The notes beneath the pieces were generated by a model. That model was not told the origin of the DNA and made no database searches. It worked only from the letters and a program-made list of their open reading frames with translations. A stretch of DNA of 64,000 nucleotides from Planctomycetota bacterium (GTDB taxonomy: Bacteria; Planctomycetota; UBA11346). The DNA lies in contig JBBRLJ010000001.1 of the NCBI GenBank assembly GCA_038231435.1, positions 160,001 through 224,000 on the forward strand, given 5' to 3'. Shown here in pieces: positions 26,181 through 36,403 of this stretch. The first letter of the stretch is position 1. Each line of letters begins with the position of its first letter. A program made the translations under genes and the position numbers.

Positions 26181-29009
26181 TCAGGGAGCGGAGTCCTGAG
26201 CATCGAGCGAATCCGCGAGCAGCCGCCAGACATGGCGGTATTCCACCCCCGCGGCCGCGCTCATCGCCCCCGCGCACAGCGAGCTGCTGCATGCGCCCAC
26301 CCGCGCGCCGGTATCGCGCGCGGCATGGGCCTCGCGCGCGGTGGCGCTCGCGGTGAGGTCCGGGACCAGCCAGCCGCGGTCTCCGGCCATGCCGCAGCAG
26401 CCCGTCGTCGATGGCAGCGACGCCTTGTCGGTGGTGGCGCGCACCGCGCTGGCGAGATCAGTGTCCCAGCCGCGCTTGAGCTCGGAACAGGTCGGATGCA
26501 TCACCACCTGCGCGAGCCGCTTGCGCAGCCGGCCATCCAGGCGCGGCAGCAGCTCGCGCGCGGCGAAGGTCGCCGGATCGATGACGCGCAGCCGCGACCA
26601 CGCCAGCGCCTCGGCCCCATCGAGCGTGTCGGCCGCATGCGCGAGCTGCGCTGCGCAGGTGCTGGTGTCGCTCACCACCGCGAGCCCACCATCAGCGGTC
26701 TCTGCGCTCGCGAGCGCTGCGCGCGCCGTGCGTGCGGAGATGTCGCGATACGCGTTGGAGAAGCCCTTGCTGGCGAACGGCTGGCCGCAGCACAGCGACG
26801 CCGCCTGGTGCGGGACCACCAGCCCGATGCCCGCGGCGCGAGCCAGCGCCGCCAGCGCGTGGCCGACGTCGTCGGGCCCGGCGGCGCGCGCGATGCAGGT
26901 GGGCAGATAGACGAAGGTCGGCCGACCGGGCGCGGCCACGGGCCAGGAGCGCGGCAGCCGCCGCGCGGGCGGGGGCAGGGGCACCTCGGCGCCAGGCACC
27001 GCGCGGATGCCGAGGCCGCGCGCGATCGCCAGCGCGCCGCGCGCGGCGCCCGCGACCACGGCGAAATGTCGAGCCGCGAAACCGGCGGCTGCGAGCGCGG
27101 GCCAGGCGTGTGCGCGCGCGCGCTCGGCCTTGATCAGATCGCCGGTGTCGATGTCGACCGGGCACGCGGAGGCGCACATGCCGTCAGCGGCGCAGGTGTC
27201 CACCGCGCGGCGCGTCCATACGCGTTCGATCGCTGCGCGCTCCAGCGGCGTCCCTGACGACTTCACGCGCAGCATGGCGATGCGCTGGCGCGGGCTCATG
27301 GTCAAGTCGCGGCTCGGGCACACCGGTTCGCAGAATCCGCACTCGATGCAGCGGTCGACCAGCGGATCGACCGGCGCCAGGACCTTCAGATGCCGCACGT
27401 GCGCGTCGGGATCCGATCCGAGGAGCACGCCCGGATTGAGGATGCCCAGCGGATCGAGCAGCTGCTTCACCTCGCGCATGCGCGCCACCGCGTCGGCGCC
27501 CCACTGGCGCTCGACGAACGGCGCCATGTTTCGCCCGGTTCCGTGCTCGGCCTTGAGATGCCCGCCGTGCGCGAGCACCACGTCGACCAGCTCGCGCATG
27601 AATGCGTCGTAGCGCGCGACCTCGCTCGGCCGCGAGAAGTCCGGCGTGAGCGTGAAGTGGAGATTGCCGTCCTTGGCATGGCCGAAGAGCACGGCGTCGT
27701 CATAGGTGTGCGCGGCGAACAGCGCGCGCAGGGCGCGCATGCCCTTGGCCAGGACCGCCAAGGGGAAGGTCACGTCCTCGATCACCACCGCCGTGCCCGC
27801 AGCGCGCACCGCGCCGACCGATGGGAACAGCCCCTTGCGCACCGCCCAATATCGCGCTTGCAGCGCCGCATCGCGGGTGAACTCGGCGCACGAAATCAGC
27901 GGCAGCGCAGCGAGCAGGAGCGACGCGCGGGCGACCCGCTGGTCGAGCGCAGCCTCGCGGTCCTCCTGGAACTCCACCAGCAACGCCGCCGGCTGCCCGG
28001 CTGGGAGCGCGCCGGGCAGCTTGTGCGCCACGCGCCGCATGGACGGCGCATCGAGGATCTCGACCGCGGCCGCTCCGGCGGCGGCCAAGGCCGGCACCGC
28101 TTCGGCGGCGTCCTCGACCGACGCGAACAGCATCCAGGCGGTGGCGCGGAAGCGCGGCAGCGGAATGGTGGAGAAGACCGCATCGGCGATGAACGCGAGC
28201 GTGCCCTCGGATCCGACCACCAGGCGCTGCAGGATGCCGGCCGGCGTGTCGGCGTCGAGGAAGGCGTTGAGGCTGTAGCCGACGGTGTTCTTGGTGGCGA
28301 AGGCGGTGGCGATCCGCGCCGATAGCGCGGCGTCGCCGCGGATGGCGTCGCGCAGCGCCAACAGCCCGTGAGCCAGTTCGGGCCGATCCGCGGCCAGGCG
28401 CTGATCGGCGTCGCCCGCGCCGGTCGAGATGCGGTAGCCGTCGGCGAGCACCAGATCGAGGCTGGAGACGGTGTGATAGCTGTTGGCGGCGACGCCGCAG
28501 CACATGCCCGAGGCGTTGTTGGCGACGATGCCGCCGATCTCGGCGGCCTGGATGCTCGCGGGATCCGGTCCGATCTTGCGCCCGTACGGCGCGAGCGCGG
28601 CATTCACGTGCGCGCCGACAGCGCCTGGCTGGCAGGCAACGCGCGCGCCGCCGTCAAGGACGCGGATGCGGCGCAGATGTCGGCTGACCACCACCAGGAT
28701 GCCGTCGGTGACCGCCTGCCCGGATAGGCTGGTGCCGCCGGCGCGGAAGCACACCGGTACCTTGGCGCGCGCGGCGCACGCCAGGATCGCATGCACGTCG
28801 GCGATGTGACGGGGGATCGCGACCACGCGCGGCACCATCCGGTAGATGCTCGCGTCCCCGGCCCACTGCAGCCGGTCGGCGAGATCGCCGAGCGCGACCT
28901 CGGGACCGGTAGCGGCGCGCAGCGCGGCGCACAGCGGATCGGAGTCCGCTTCCAGGCCCTGGATCGCCGAGATGGCGTGATGCTGGTCGGAAGCTGCGAC
29001 CTGGATCAC
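26181..29009 (-). CDS. FAD-binding and (Fe-S)-binding oxidoreductase (Fe-S D-lactate dehydrogenase type)
   Basis: DASIY, FRAGGTSLSGQ, GPDPAS, GSEGTL, GHAKDGNLHF, KAEHGTGRN, CIECGFCEPVCPS, CAADGMCASACP and CCG motifs. Confidence 0.9.
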   Translation of the reverse strand: MIQVAASDQHHAISAIQGLEADSDPLCAALRAATGPEVALGDLADRLQWAGDASIYRMVPRVVAIPRHIADVHAILACAARAKVPVCFRAGGTSLSGQAVTDGILVVVSRHLRRIRVLDGGARVACQPGAVGAHVNAALAPYGRKIGPDPASIQAAEIGGIVANNASGMCCGVAANSYHTVSSLDLVLADGYRISTGAGDADQRLAADRPELAHGLLALRDAIRGDAALSARIATAFATKNTVGYSLNAFLDADTPAGILQRLVVGSEGTLAFIADAVFSTIPLPRFRATAWMLFASVEDAAEAVPALAAAGAAAVEILDAPSMRRVAHKLPGALPAGQPAALLVEFQEDREAALDQRVARASLLLAALPLISCAEFTRDAALQARYWAVRKGLFPSVGAVRAAGTAVVIEDVTFPLAVLAKGMRALRALFAAHTYDDAVLFGHAKDGNLHFTLTPDFSRPSEVARYDAFMRELVDVVLAHGGHLKAEHGTGRNMAPFVERQWGADAVARMREVKQLLDPLGILNPGVLLGSDPDAHVRHLKVLAPVDPLVDRCIECGFCEPVCPSRDLTMSPRQRIAMLRVKSSGTPLERAAIERVWTRRAVDTCAADGMCASACPVDIDTGDLIKAERARAHAWPALAAAGFAARHFAVVAGAARGALAIARGLGIRAVPGAEVPLPPPARRLPRSWPVAAPGRPTFVYLPTCIARAAGPDDVGHALAALARAAGIGLVVPHQAASLCCGQPFASKGFSNAYRDISARTARAALASAETADGGLAVVSDTSTCAAQLAHAADTLDGAEALAWSRLRVIDPATFAARELLPRLDGRLRKRLAQVVMHPTCSELKRGWDTDLASAVRATTDKASLPSTTGCCGMAGDRGWLVPDLTASATAREAHAARDTGARVGACSSSLCAGAMSAAAGVEYRHVWRLLADSLDAQDSAP

Positions 29010-29677
29010 GGCACGTCGAGCAGCTTGTTGAGGCTGGCGAGCAGGCGCTCGTTGTAGGTCTGCAGGGCCTTGGCGTCGGCGAGACGTTCGTCGTCGTGCC
29101 CGGTGGCGCTCTCGTACTGCGGGATGACGCGCTCGAGCATGTCTTTCGCCGACAGGAAACGGCCGCGGGCCTGGCGCAGGTGGTCGCGCGTCTCGGGCAC
29201 CAGCTCGTTCTCCTTCGGCTTGGCGAGCCGGTAATGATCCAGTCCCAATTGGAAATCGATCTCGGCATCGGCGAGCGAGCGCTCGAGCCGCTTGAGATCT
29301 ACCGCCGGCACCTGCGCAGGCTTGGGCACGGCATCAGGCTGCGCCGCGGGCTTGGCTGGCGTGCCGGTGGCCTTGTCGCGCGCGCTGAGCTTGCTGCTCC
29401 ACCAGCGCGAAGTCTGGTCGACCAGGCCGTTGTCGCCCCACAGCGCATCGTTCGCCTTGTTCGAGGCGTTGAGCGCGCCATCGAGCACCGGCTGGGCGCT
29501 CGCCATGCCCGGACGCCACCAGGCGGTATCGAAGATGCGGAAGGAGAAGTGGCCGTCCTTGCGCCAGTTCAGCACCGTCACCCAGGCGAGCGTCGCGGCG
29601 AAGGCGAGCAGGACGAGGATCACGAAGGCCTTCACCAGCGCATGCGAGTGGGCCGATTTCGGTGGGGCATCAGCCAT
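29006..29677 (-). CDS. Hypothetical membrane-anchored helical protein
   Basis: N-terminal TM helix and helical C-terminal domain; GTGA overlap with the next gene. Confidence 0.7.
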   Translation of the reverse strand: MADAPPKSAHSHALVKAFVILVLLAFAATLAWVTVLNWRKDGHFSFRIFDTAWWRPGMASAQPVLDGALNASNKANDALWGDNGLVDQTSRWWSSKLSARDKATGTPAKPAAQPDAVPKPAQVPAVDLKRLERSLADAEIDFQLGLDHYRLAKPKENELVPETRDHLRQARGRFLSAKDMLERVIPQYESATGHDDERLADAKALQTYNERLLASLNKLLDVP

Positions 29678-29679
29678 GG

Positions 29680-30354
29680 TCAGCGAGTCCGTCCGTCGGG
29701 TGGAGATGAGTCGGGTGATGTGGCCGATGATGCTGCTGGAGATGCTGGCGGCTTCGCCTGCAGTCCGGTCCCTGGGGATGCATGTCCGGTGGGTGATAAC
29801 GCTGCGAGCGCGCGCTCGATCCGATCACGGCTCTCCTCGACGCTGCTGCCGATCAGGTCTTCGGCGGCGATGGTGCCATCGGGCGCGACCAGGAACAGAG
29901 CGGGGATCGAGCGCACCCGCCACGGAGCGAGCGCCGGATCGTCGAAGCCGAGCGGCAGGATGGACACCGGCCAATCGATGTGGTGCCGAGCGAGGAACGG
30001 AGGCAGGTCGGCGCGGGTTTCGGGCCGCTCGAGCGCCACGCCGATGAGCGTCAGGCCGTCACCGGCATGTGCCTCGGCGACTGCGGCCACCGCCGGGGCG
30101 GCGATTCGCGCGCACGGCGGGCACCACGAGGCGAAGAACTCGACCAGCACCGGACGTCCGCGCAATGCCGCCAGGTCAACTCCGGCGACCGGGTCGCACA
30201 GCGCCGGTGCCGGTCGGCCGAGCGGCAGCGTCGGATGACGGCGTTGCACCGCCCACACCGACAATGCCGCGGCGAGCACGATGACCACGACTGCCGCCAT
30301 CCCGGGGAGGCCCGAGCTGCGTGGGACAGGCGCGGATGCCGGCGCATCGACCAT
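29680..30354 (-). CDS. TlpA-family thiol-disulfide oxidoreductase
   Basis: TM anchor, GRPVLVEFFASWCPPC, and V.SIP cis-Pro. Confidence 0.85.
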   Translation of the reverse strand: MVDAPASAPVPRSSGLPGMAAVVVIVLAAALSVWAVQRRHPTLPLGRPAPALCDPVAGVDLAALRGRPVLVEFFASWCPPCARIAAPAVAAVAEAHAGDGLTLIGVALERPETRADLPPFLARHHIDWPVSILPLGFDDPALAPWRVRSIPALFLVAPDGTIAAEDLIGSSVEESRDRIERALAALSPTGHASPGTGLQAKPPASPAASSATSPDSSPPDGRTR

Positions 30355-30365
30355 GGCCGGCGAGG

Positions 30366-31601
30366 TCAAGGGATCGCGTCGGGCTCGGGAGCGGCGGCAT
30401 GCGTAGCGCGGCCCGCGGGCGCGGGCGCCGCCGGGCTGGCCTGCCCAGCGAGCAACGGGGCGAGCGCGTCCTCGAGATTCTTCTCGGTCTCCTGGTCGCT
30501 CGCGCCGATGAGATCGACGGCGGCGACGCGGCCATTCGCGCCGACCAGGATCAACGTGGGGATCTTGTCGACATGCCAGGCATCGTCGACCTCGCTGTCC
30601 CAACCGAGGGCGTCCCCGACCACCGGATAGCCGACACCGTTGGCGGCGATGTAGGCCGGGATCTGGTCGAAGGTGTCCTTGGTGTCGAGCGAGACGCCGA
30701 TGGTCGCGAGCTCGCTCGCGTGCTTGGCGGCGAATGCGGCGATCGCGGGCGCGGCCGCCACGCAGGGCTTGCACCAGGTGGCGAAGAAATCGATCAGCAC
30801 CGGCTTGCCTTTGAAGGCGCCGAGATCGACCTCGCCCGGCTGGCCATCGAGACGCTTGAGCTTGAGTGGCGGCGCCGCCTCGCCGACCAGTTTCTGACCG
30901 CTGGTGAGCGCGGATTCCGCAACCTCGGCCGCGGCTGGATCCCCCTGCCGTTCGAGCAGCCAGGCCTGGACCTCGTCGGGCTTCTTGCCGATCTCCTCCA
31001 TGCCCAGCAGGCGCAGGTGGTAGACCGGCACCCGTTCCTCGGCGGGCAGATCCTTGAGCAGCGCCAGCGCGAGGTCGTACTGCGCGAGCGCATCGTCGGG
31101 CGCGACCACCTTGTGGTCCTTGTCCTTCACCGCGAGCAGCCGCTGCGCCTCGCCGCTGTGGGCGCGAGCCGCGACGCGGGCGCCGAGATCGCCGAACGGC
31201 TTGATGGTGGCGAGCACCGAGGGCATGGTGGCGGGATCGGCCGCCTGCGTGAAGCGCAGCTGCCACGACGCGACCCAAGCCAGGCCGGCGCGATCGCGTT
31301 GCGCGGCGGTGAGCCCGGCGGTGCCGAGCGATTCGGCGATGATCTTCTCGCACTCGTCGGGTTTCAGCGCGTCGAGCCAGGCCTCGGCGAGGGCGAGCTT
31401 GAGGTCGACGATCTCGGCGGGTGAGAGTCCGAGATCCTCGTGCATGACGCCGTCGATGGCCTTGGCGCGCGCCTGGCTGCCGGGCTCTTGGAGCTCGTCC
31501 GGCTTGAGGTTCTGGTCGACCATGTCCAGCACCTCGGCGACCGAGGCGGCCGGGACGGACGCGGCGAGAGAGACCAGCAGGGCGCAGGCGATCAGGCGCA
31601 T
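30366..31601 (-). CDS. Exported TlpA/redoxin domain protein with a helical N-terminal extension
   Basis: Signal peptide; GKPVLIDFFATWCKPC; V.KIPT. Confidence 0.85.
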   Translation of the reverse strand: MRLIACALLVSLAASVPAASVAEVLDMVDQNLKPDELQEPGSQARAKAIDGVMHEDLGLSPAEIVDLKLALAEAWLDALKPDECEKIIAESLGTAGLTAAQRDRAGLAWVASWQLRFTQAADPATMPSVLATIKPFGDLGARVAARAHSGEAQRLLAVKDKDHKVVAPDDALAQYDLALALLKDLPAEERVPVYHLRLLGMEEIGKKPDEVQAWLLERQGDPAAAEVAESALTSGQKLVGEAAPPLKLKRLDGQPGEVDLGAFKGKPVLIDFFATWCKPCVAAAPAIAAFAAKHASELATIGVSLDTKDTFDQIPAYIAANGVGYPVVGDALGWDSEVDDAWHVDKIPTLILVGANGRVAAVDLIGASDQETEKNLEDALAPLLAGQASPAAPAPAGRATHAAAPEPDAIP

Positions 31602-31656
31602 GGCTTGATGATGCAGTGCCGGACGGGGCGAGGAAGCGGGGCTTGGGCCGGATTGA

Positions 31657-31757
31657 TCCGTGGTCCGTGGACCGTCGTCCGTCATCGACGACTGACGGCA
31701 CGCCGATACGAGGACGCCGGAGTCGCAATCTGGCTGTCCGACGACGGACGACGACCA
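31657..31757. repeat. Heptamer tandem repeats (TCCGTSG-like x4 plus inverted partial copies)
   Basis: TCCGTGG TCCGTGG ACCGTCG TCCGTCA at 31657-31684; CGACGACGGACGACG near 31740. Confidence 0.55.
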
Positions 31758-31794
31758 GCACCCGACCGTCCCCGGCCGCTCGGCCCTTGCCCAG

Positions 31795-32613
31795 CTAGGT
31801 ACGGTGCTCCTTGATCAAGGCGAGCACCTGATCGTGCAGGCGGCCATTGGTGATGACCGCGTTCTCGGCGCGAATGTCGTGCGTGCCGTCGAGCGACGAG
31901 AAGCGGCCACCCGCCTCCTCGACCACCAGGCTGGTGGCGGCGATGTCCCACAGGCTGAGGTGCGGCTCGACCACGATCTCGGCCCTGCCAGACGCTACCA
32001 GCATGTGGTAGAAGGCGTCTCCGCCGCCGCGCTGCAGGCCGCTGCGGTCGCACAGCTGGTCGAAGAGCTTCTCGAGCCCGTAGCGGCGGAACCACGAGGG
32101 CGTCTCGTAGCAGAACAGCGCGTCGACCAGCTTGTCCACGCTCGAGACCGCGATGGGCGCGCCATTGCAACGGGCACCGCCATCACGGACGGCGTCGTAG
32201 AGCTCGCCCAACGCGGGCAGCTTCACCGCGCTCGCCACCACCCGGCGCCCGTGCGCGTCCTCGATTTCGCACGCCACCAGCGTCGACCACAGCGGGATGC
32301 CGCGCACGAAGTTGCGGGTGCCATCGATCGGATCGACGATCCAGCGCCGGCCGGTGTCGCGACCAGGCGAACTGCCCGCGGCCTCGCCGCTCTCCTCGCC
32401 GTGCCAGGCATCGTCGGGGAACGCCGCCGAGATCACCGCGCGGCACGCCGCCTCGGCCTCGCGATCGGCGCGCGTGACCGGGCTCTCGTCGCTCTTCCAC
32501 TCGACGCGCAGATCGGCCCTGCGGAAATGGGCGGCGGCGGCGCGGCCCCCGGCCTCGGCCGCGGCCATCGCCACCGCGCGCAACTGCCACCACAAGGTCG
32601 GGGTCTCGCTCAT
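31795..32613 (-). CDS. Inositol monophosphatase family protein (probable histidinol-phosphatase, HisN type)
   Basis: KSD.SPVT.ADR.AE, GEE, WIVDPIDGT.NF.RG.P.W, WD.AA. Confidence 0.85.
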   Translation of the reverse strand: MSETPTLWWQLRAVAMAAAEAGGRAAAAHFRRADLRVEWKSDESPVTRADREAEAACRAVISAAFPDDAWHGEESGEAAGSSPGRDTGRRWIVDPIDGTRNFVRGIPLWSTLVACEIEDAHGRRVVASAVKLPALGELYDAVRDGGARCNGAPIAVSSVDKLVDALFCYETPSWFRRYGLEKLFDQLCDRSGLQRGGGDAFYHMLVASGRAEIVVEPHLSLWDIAATSLVVEEAGGRFSSLDGTHDIRAENAVITNGRLHDQVLALIKEHRT

Positions 32614-32739
32614 GCCCGCATGATCCGCGTGAGCGGGCCGCTACAAGGCGCCACAGCCAGGCACGGGTGCGTGGCATGCCCGCCCGTCGGACGACCCCGA
32701 CCCAGGGGACATTCCGCCGCACGCCGCTAGGCTTGCGGC

Positions 32740-33705
32740 ATGACCGACAACCTGCGCGCTGGCGCCGAGGTGCTCGGCTACGTCATCGAACGCCTGCTCG
32801 GACGCGGCGGCATGGGCACCGTCTACCTGGCGCGCCAGCAATCGCTCAACCGCCCGGTGGCGCTCAAGATCCTGCATCCGCACCAGCTGCGCAATCCGGC
32901 CGCGATCGATGACTTCCTGCGCGAAGCCCGCGCCACCGCGCGCCTGAACCATCAGCACCTCGTCGTCTGCCACGACGCCCAGGCCGATGCGGTGAACCGC
33001 ATCTACTGCTACTCGATGGAGTACTGCCCGGGTCAGACCGTCACCCAGTTGATGAAGGCCGACGGGGTGCTCAAGCGCGCCATGGCGCTGCACATCACCT
33101 ACCAGATCGCGTCCGCGCTCGGGTATGCCCATCAGCACGGCCTGGTGCACCGCGACGTGAAGCCCGACAACATCCTGGTGAACACCAACGGCGTGGCGAA
33201 GCTGCTGGATCTTGGGCTGGTCCGCGATCGGCTCGGAGGAGCCGCGGCGACCTCGAGCGGCCGCAAGCTCACGATCGTCGGCACGCCCGAGTTCAGCGCC
33301 CCCGAGCAGAGCCGGAATCCCGATCTCGCCTCGCCTGCTAGCGACGTCTACAGCCTCGGCGCCACCCTCTTCTACATGCTCACCGGCCGGCCTCCCTTCA
33401 TGGGCGACACGGTCATCGACCAGATCGTGCGCGCAGCGACCGATCAGATCCAGTATCCCGAGATCATCCCGCCTGACTGCCGCGCGCTGCTGGGCCTGAT
33501 GCTGGCGCGTACCGCCGATGATCGCCTGCCCCACGGAGCCGCGGTGGTGGCCGCGCTCGAAGCCCTCGCCCAGGGCCGCACCCCGGTCCTGCCCGACAAG
33601 CGCCTCGAGACTGAAACCGCCCAGGCCGACGAAGCCATCGAGGACGGCCCCGACGACGGTTCGCCGGTGAAGCGCAAGCGCATGCGCAGGCTTCGGCGCC
33701 GCTGA
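32740..33705 (+). CDS. Serine/threonine protein kinase
   Basis: GRGGMGTVY, VALK, HRDVKPDN, DLG, GTPEFSAPEQ, DVYSLG. Confidence 0.92.
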   Translation: MTDNLRAGAEVLGYVIERLLGRGGMGTVYLARQQSLNRPVALKILHPHQLRNPAAIDDFLREARATARLNHQHLVVCHDAQADAVNRIYCYSMEYCPGQTVTQLMKADGVLKRAMALHITYQIASALGYAHQHGLVHRDVKPDNILVNTNGVAKLLDLGLVRDRLGGAAATSSGRKLTIVGTPEFSAPEQSRNPDLASPASDVYSLGATLFYMLTGRPPFMGDTVIDQIVRAATDQIQYPEIIPPDCRALLGLMLARTADDRLPHGAAVVAALEALAQGRTPVLPDKRLETETAQADEAIEDGPDDGSPVKRKRMRRLRRR

Positions 33706-33710
33706 CTTTT

Positions 33711-33915
33711 TGTTGGGGGGCTACGGCCCCCCAACATCGCGCTCCGCGCTGCCCCCCGGACGGCGGGGAGCGGGAGGGTTTGGGAGCTGGCGCCGGAGCG
33801 CTGCTCTTCCATGCAACACGAGTGAGGGCTACGGCCCCCCACCATCGCGCTCCGCGCTGCCTCCCGGACGGCGGGGAGCGGGAGGGTTTGGGAGCTGGCG
33901 CCGGGGGCGCTGCTC
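33711..33915 (+). repeat. Two tandem (~108-bp period) copies of the palindromic REP-like element (copies B and C)
   Basis: GGGCTACGGCCCCCC...GCGCTGCTC repeated at 33718 and 33826, between convergent genes. Confidence 0.9.
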
Positions 33916-33927
33916 ATCGATTATCTG

Positions 33928-34380
33928 TCATTCGCGGGATTTGGTATCGATCAGGATCGTCACCGGGCCGTCGTTGATCAGGGAGACGGCCATGTCGGCG
34001 CCGAATTCGCCGGTGGCTACGGGGCGGGCGCTGTCGGCGGCGAGACGGGCGACGAAGGCCTGGTACAGGGGCAGGGCGTGCTCGGGGCGGGCGGCGCGGG
34101 TGAAGGCGGGGCGGTTGCCCTTCGCGGTGCTGGCGAACAGGGTGAACTGGCTGACCACCAGCAGGGAGCCCTCGACGTCCGTCACCGAGCGGTTCATCAG
34201 GCCGTAGGCGTCGTCGAACACGCGCAGGCGGCTGATCTTGCCCGCAAGCCACTCGATGTCCTCTGGCCCGTCCGCGGCTTCGACCCCGAGCAGCACCAGC
34301 AGACCCGGTCCGATAGTGGAGCGGATCTGCCCACCGGTGGCGACCGAGGCCTGGGCAACCCGCTGCACGACCGCGCGCAT
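33928..34380 (-). CDS. dtd: D-aminoacyl-tRNA deacylase
   Basis: [30 protein letters not shown]. Confidence 0.95.
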   Translation of the reverse strand: MRAVVQRVAQASVATGGQIRSTIGPGLLVLLGVEAADGPEDIEWLAGKISRLRVFDDAYGLMNRSVTDVEGSLLVVSQFTLFASTAKGNRPAFTRAARPEHALPLYQAFVARLAADSARPVATGEFGADMAVSLINDGPVTILIDTKSRE

Positions 34381-34401
34381 CACCAGGCTCCGGAAACGAA
34401 G

Positions 34402-34423
34402 CACCCGCCGAGGTCGGCGGGTG
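34402..34423 (-). terminator. GC-rich hairpin immediately 3' of tRNA-Ala
   Basis: CACCCGCCG-AGGT-CGGCGGGTG; only a weak U-tract. Confidence 0.4.
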
Positions 34424-34426
34424 GTG

Positions 34427-34502
34427 TGGTGGAGGTAAGGAGATTCGAACTCCTGACCTTTTGAATGCCATTCAAACGCTCTACCAACTGAGCTATACCC
34501 CC
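34427..34502 (-). tRNA. tRNA-Ala (anticodon GGC)
   Basis: Reverse complement GGGGGTATAGCTCAGTTGGTAGAGCG..AT-GGC-AT..GTTCGAATC..TACCTCCACCA; G3:U70 identity pair; 76 nt. Confidence 0.96.
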
Positions 34503-34711
34503 CTGCAACACTCCTTCATCGCTCCCGACGTGGCGGTGCCAGCCGTGAAAAACCACGGAAATCACCGTTCGGCGGGAGGTCGGAAAGTATGGGCGACGGA
34601 TCAGTGGGCAAGCAGTTTCCGCGCGTGTCCCGATGACGCAAACGCGAGTTGCTTGTAGTCTTGTGTCCGAATCCCGCTGTGACTACCATGGTCGCGACAC
34701 GGGGGATTCCG

Positions 34712-36319
34712 ATGCTGCGTCATCTCTCCATCATGCCGGCTTTCCTGCCGCTGCTGCTCGTCTCCGGCGGCTGCTGGGCGGCGGACCAGCAGCGCACGGT
34801 CGACGGTCCATGGACCGAGACGTTCACCATGGAGATCAAGGACAGCGAACGCACCTTCGTCGTCCACAACGGCGCCAGCTACCTGGTGACCAAGCCCGAG
34901 GACTTCACCGATCGCGCGTTCCTCCTCGAGAAGGACGTGATGGTCGCCGCCAAGTTCGAGCGCGGCCAATCCGACCACGTCAGCCTCTACGGTCTCGAGG
35001 ACATCGACGTCCGCGCCAGCGCGGAGTCGTGGAGCACCAAGCTCGACGGCGACAACCTCTACGTGTTCGGGCACATGTCCTCCGACCCCGAGACCGGCAA
35101 GCCGGCCTTGCGCGTCGCCGGCATCGAGCCCGCGCCATCCGACATGCAGGTCATCGCCGCCCGCATGAAGGACATCGCCAAAGATGACTGGGAAGACCGC
35201 CTCGCCGTCGCGGCGTGGGCGCGCGACCAGGGAGCGACCCAGGGCAACAAGGAGTTCTGGCTGCAGGCCGCCGATGATCTGCTGACCAAGATCATCACCG
35301 ACGCCGCGACGCAGGCCGAGTCGAAGAAGGATTTCCCGCTGGTGCTCAAGGCGATCGATTGGGCGGTCGATCTGCAGCACGACGCGATCCGCGCTGGCCG
35401 CATCGGCAGCGCCGTCTGGATCCGCGCCCACGGCGGGAAGGAGGCCGAGGAGGTCTCGAAGCGCATGCACCGCCTGGGCTTCGAATTCTACCGCGAACAA
35501 TGGCGCCCACGCGCGGAAGCCCTGGGCCTGGAATACGACGACCGTTTCGCCGCCATCCCCTGGAAGGACGCGGACGGCTTCTACAAGCTCGGCCGTTGGG
35601 CCGACTCGAACGCCGAGACCCTGCCGCAAGCCAAGGATCGGAGCTACCGCGCGTACCAGGCAGGAGCCAAGGCCAATCCCGACCATCCGGGCATCCGACG
35701 CGAACTCGGCCTGGACGTCGCCGGGGCGGACGATGCGAGCACGTCAGGCGCCGACGCGGGCCAACGCCGCTACGAGTACAAGGATTCCGAGACTGGCATC
35801 CTGGTGCGCTCACCCCCCGGCTGGCGCCGCGCCGAATCGAGCCGCGACGGCGTGCGCTGGGAGGATCCGAACAGCGACACCTCGTATATCACTGTGCGCT
35901 TCCTACCCGCGAGCACTGCCGCCATAGACGACCTTTGGTCGTCGCTCACCGCTCCTGTTCGCGCCTTGCCTGGCTTCGCAGCTGCTTCCGAGGACGCTCC
36001 CGAGCGCCAAGGCGGCAAGATCCGCGTTCTGCGCTACTCGTTCTCCGAAGGTCATCTGACCCGCTTCGGCCAGACCGTCCTGGTCACCGACGATCAGAGC
36101 CGGTTAGGCCTGGTCAGCGAAGCCAGCTTCATCGACGAAGAGAAGGACAAGGCGCTGAAGGCCCTCGCCGACAGCATCGAGCGCATCGACTTCCCGAAGA
36201 ACACGGGTGACAAAGATGCGAAGTCGAAGGGCAAGGGCGATGTGAAGGGAAAAGGCGCGCACGGCAAGAAGAGCGATTCGTCCGAGCCAGAGACCGAAGC
36301 GGAACCGGCCGCGAAGTAG
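34712..36319 (+). CDS. Hypothetical exported protein
   Basis: Signal-like N-terminus, strong GC3 bias, helical middle, possible PsbP-like C-terminal domain (SPPGW) and Lys-rich tail. Confidence 0.75.
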   Translation: MLRHLSIMPAFLPLLLVSGGCWAADQQRTVDGPWTETFTMEIKDSERTFVVHNGASYLVTKPEDFTDRAFLLEKDVMVAAKFERGQSDHVSLYGLEDIDVRASAESWSTKLDGDNLYVFGHMSSDPETGKPALRVAGIEPAPSDMQVIAARMKDIAKDDWEDRLAVAAWARDQGATQGNKEFWLQAADDLLTKIITDAATQAESKKDFPLVLKAIDWAVDLQHDAIRAGRIGSAVWIRAHGGKEAEEVSKRMHRLGFEFYREQWRPRAEALGLEYDDRFAAIPWKDADGFYKLGRWADSNAETLPQAKDRSYRAYQAGAKANPDHPGIRRELGLDVAGADDASTSGADAGQRRYEYKDSETGILVRSPPGWRRAESSRDGVRWEDPNSDTSYITVRFLPASTAAIDDLWSSLTAPVRALPGFAAASEDAPERQGGKIRVLRYSFSEGHLTRFGQTVLVTDDQSRLGLVSEASFIDEEKDKALKALADSIERIDFPKNTGDKDAKSKGKGDVKGKGAHGKKSDSSEPETEAEPAAK

Positions 36320-36403
36320 CGACCGCTCCCGGTCCGCCGCAGCGCTCGAGAAGTTGGACGAAGCATGGGAGGGCCTGACGGCAGGCCTGCGGATCGATGC
36401 GAT

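Noticed and set aside
33711..33915. Possible CRISPR array or mini-array
   Set aside because: Only two long units with near-identical intervening sequence; no unique spacers and no cas genes.
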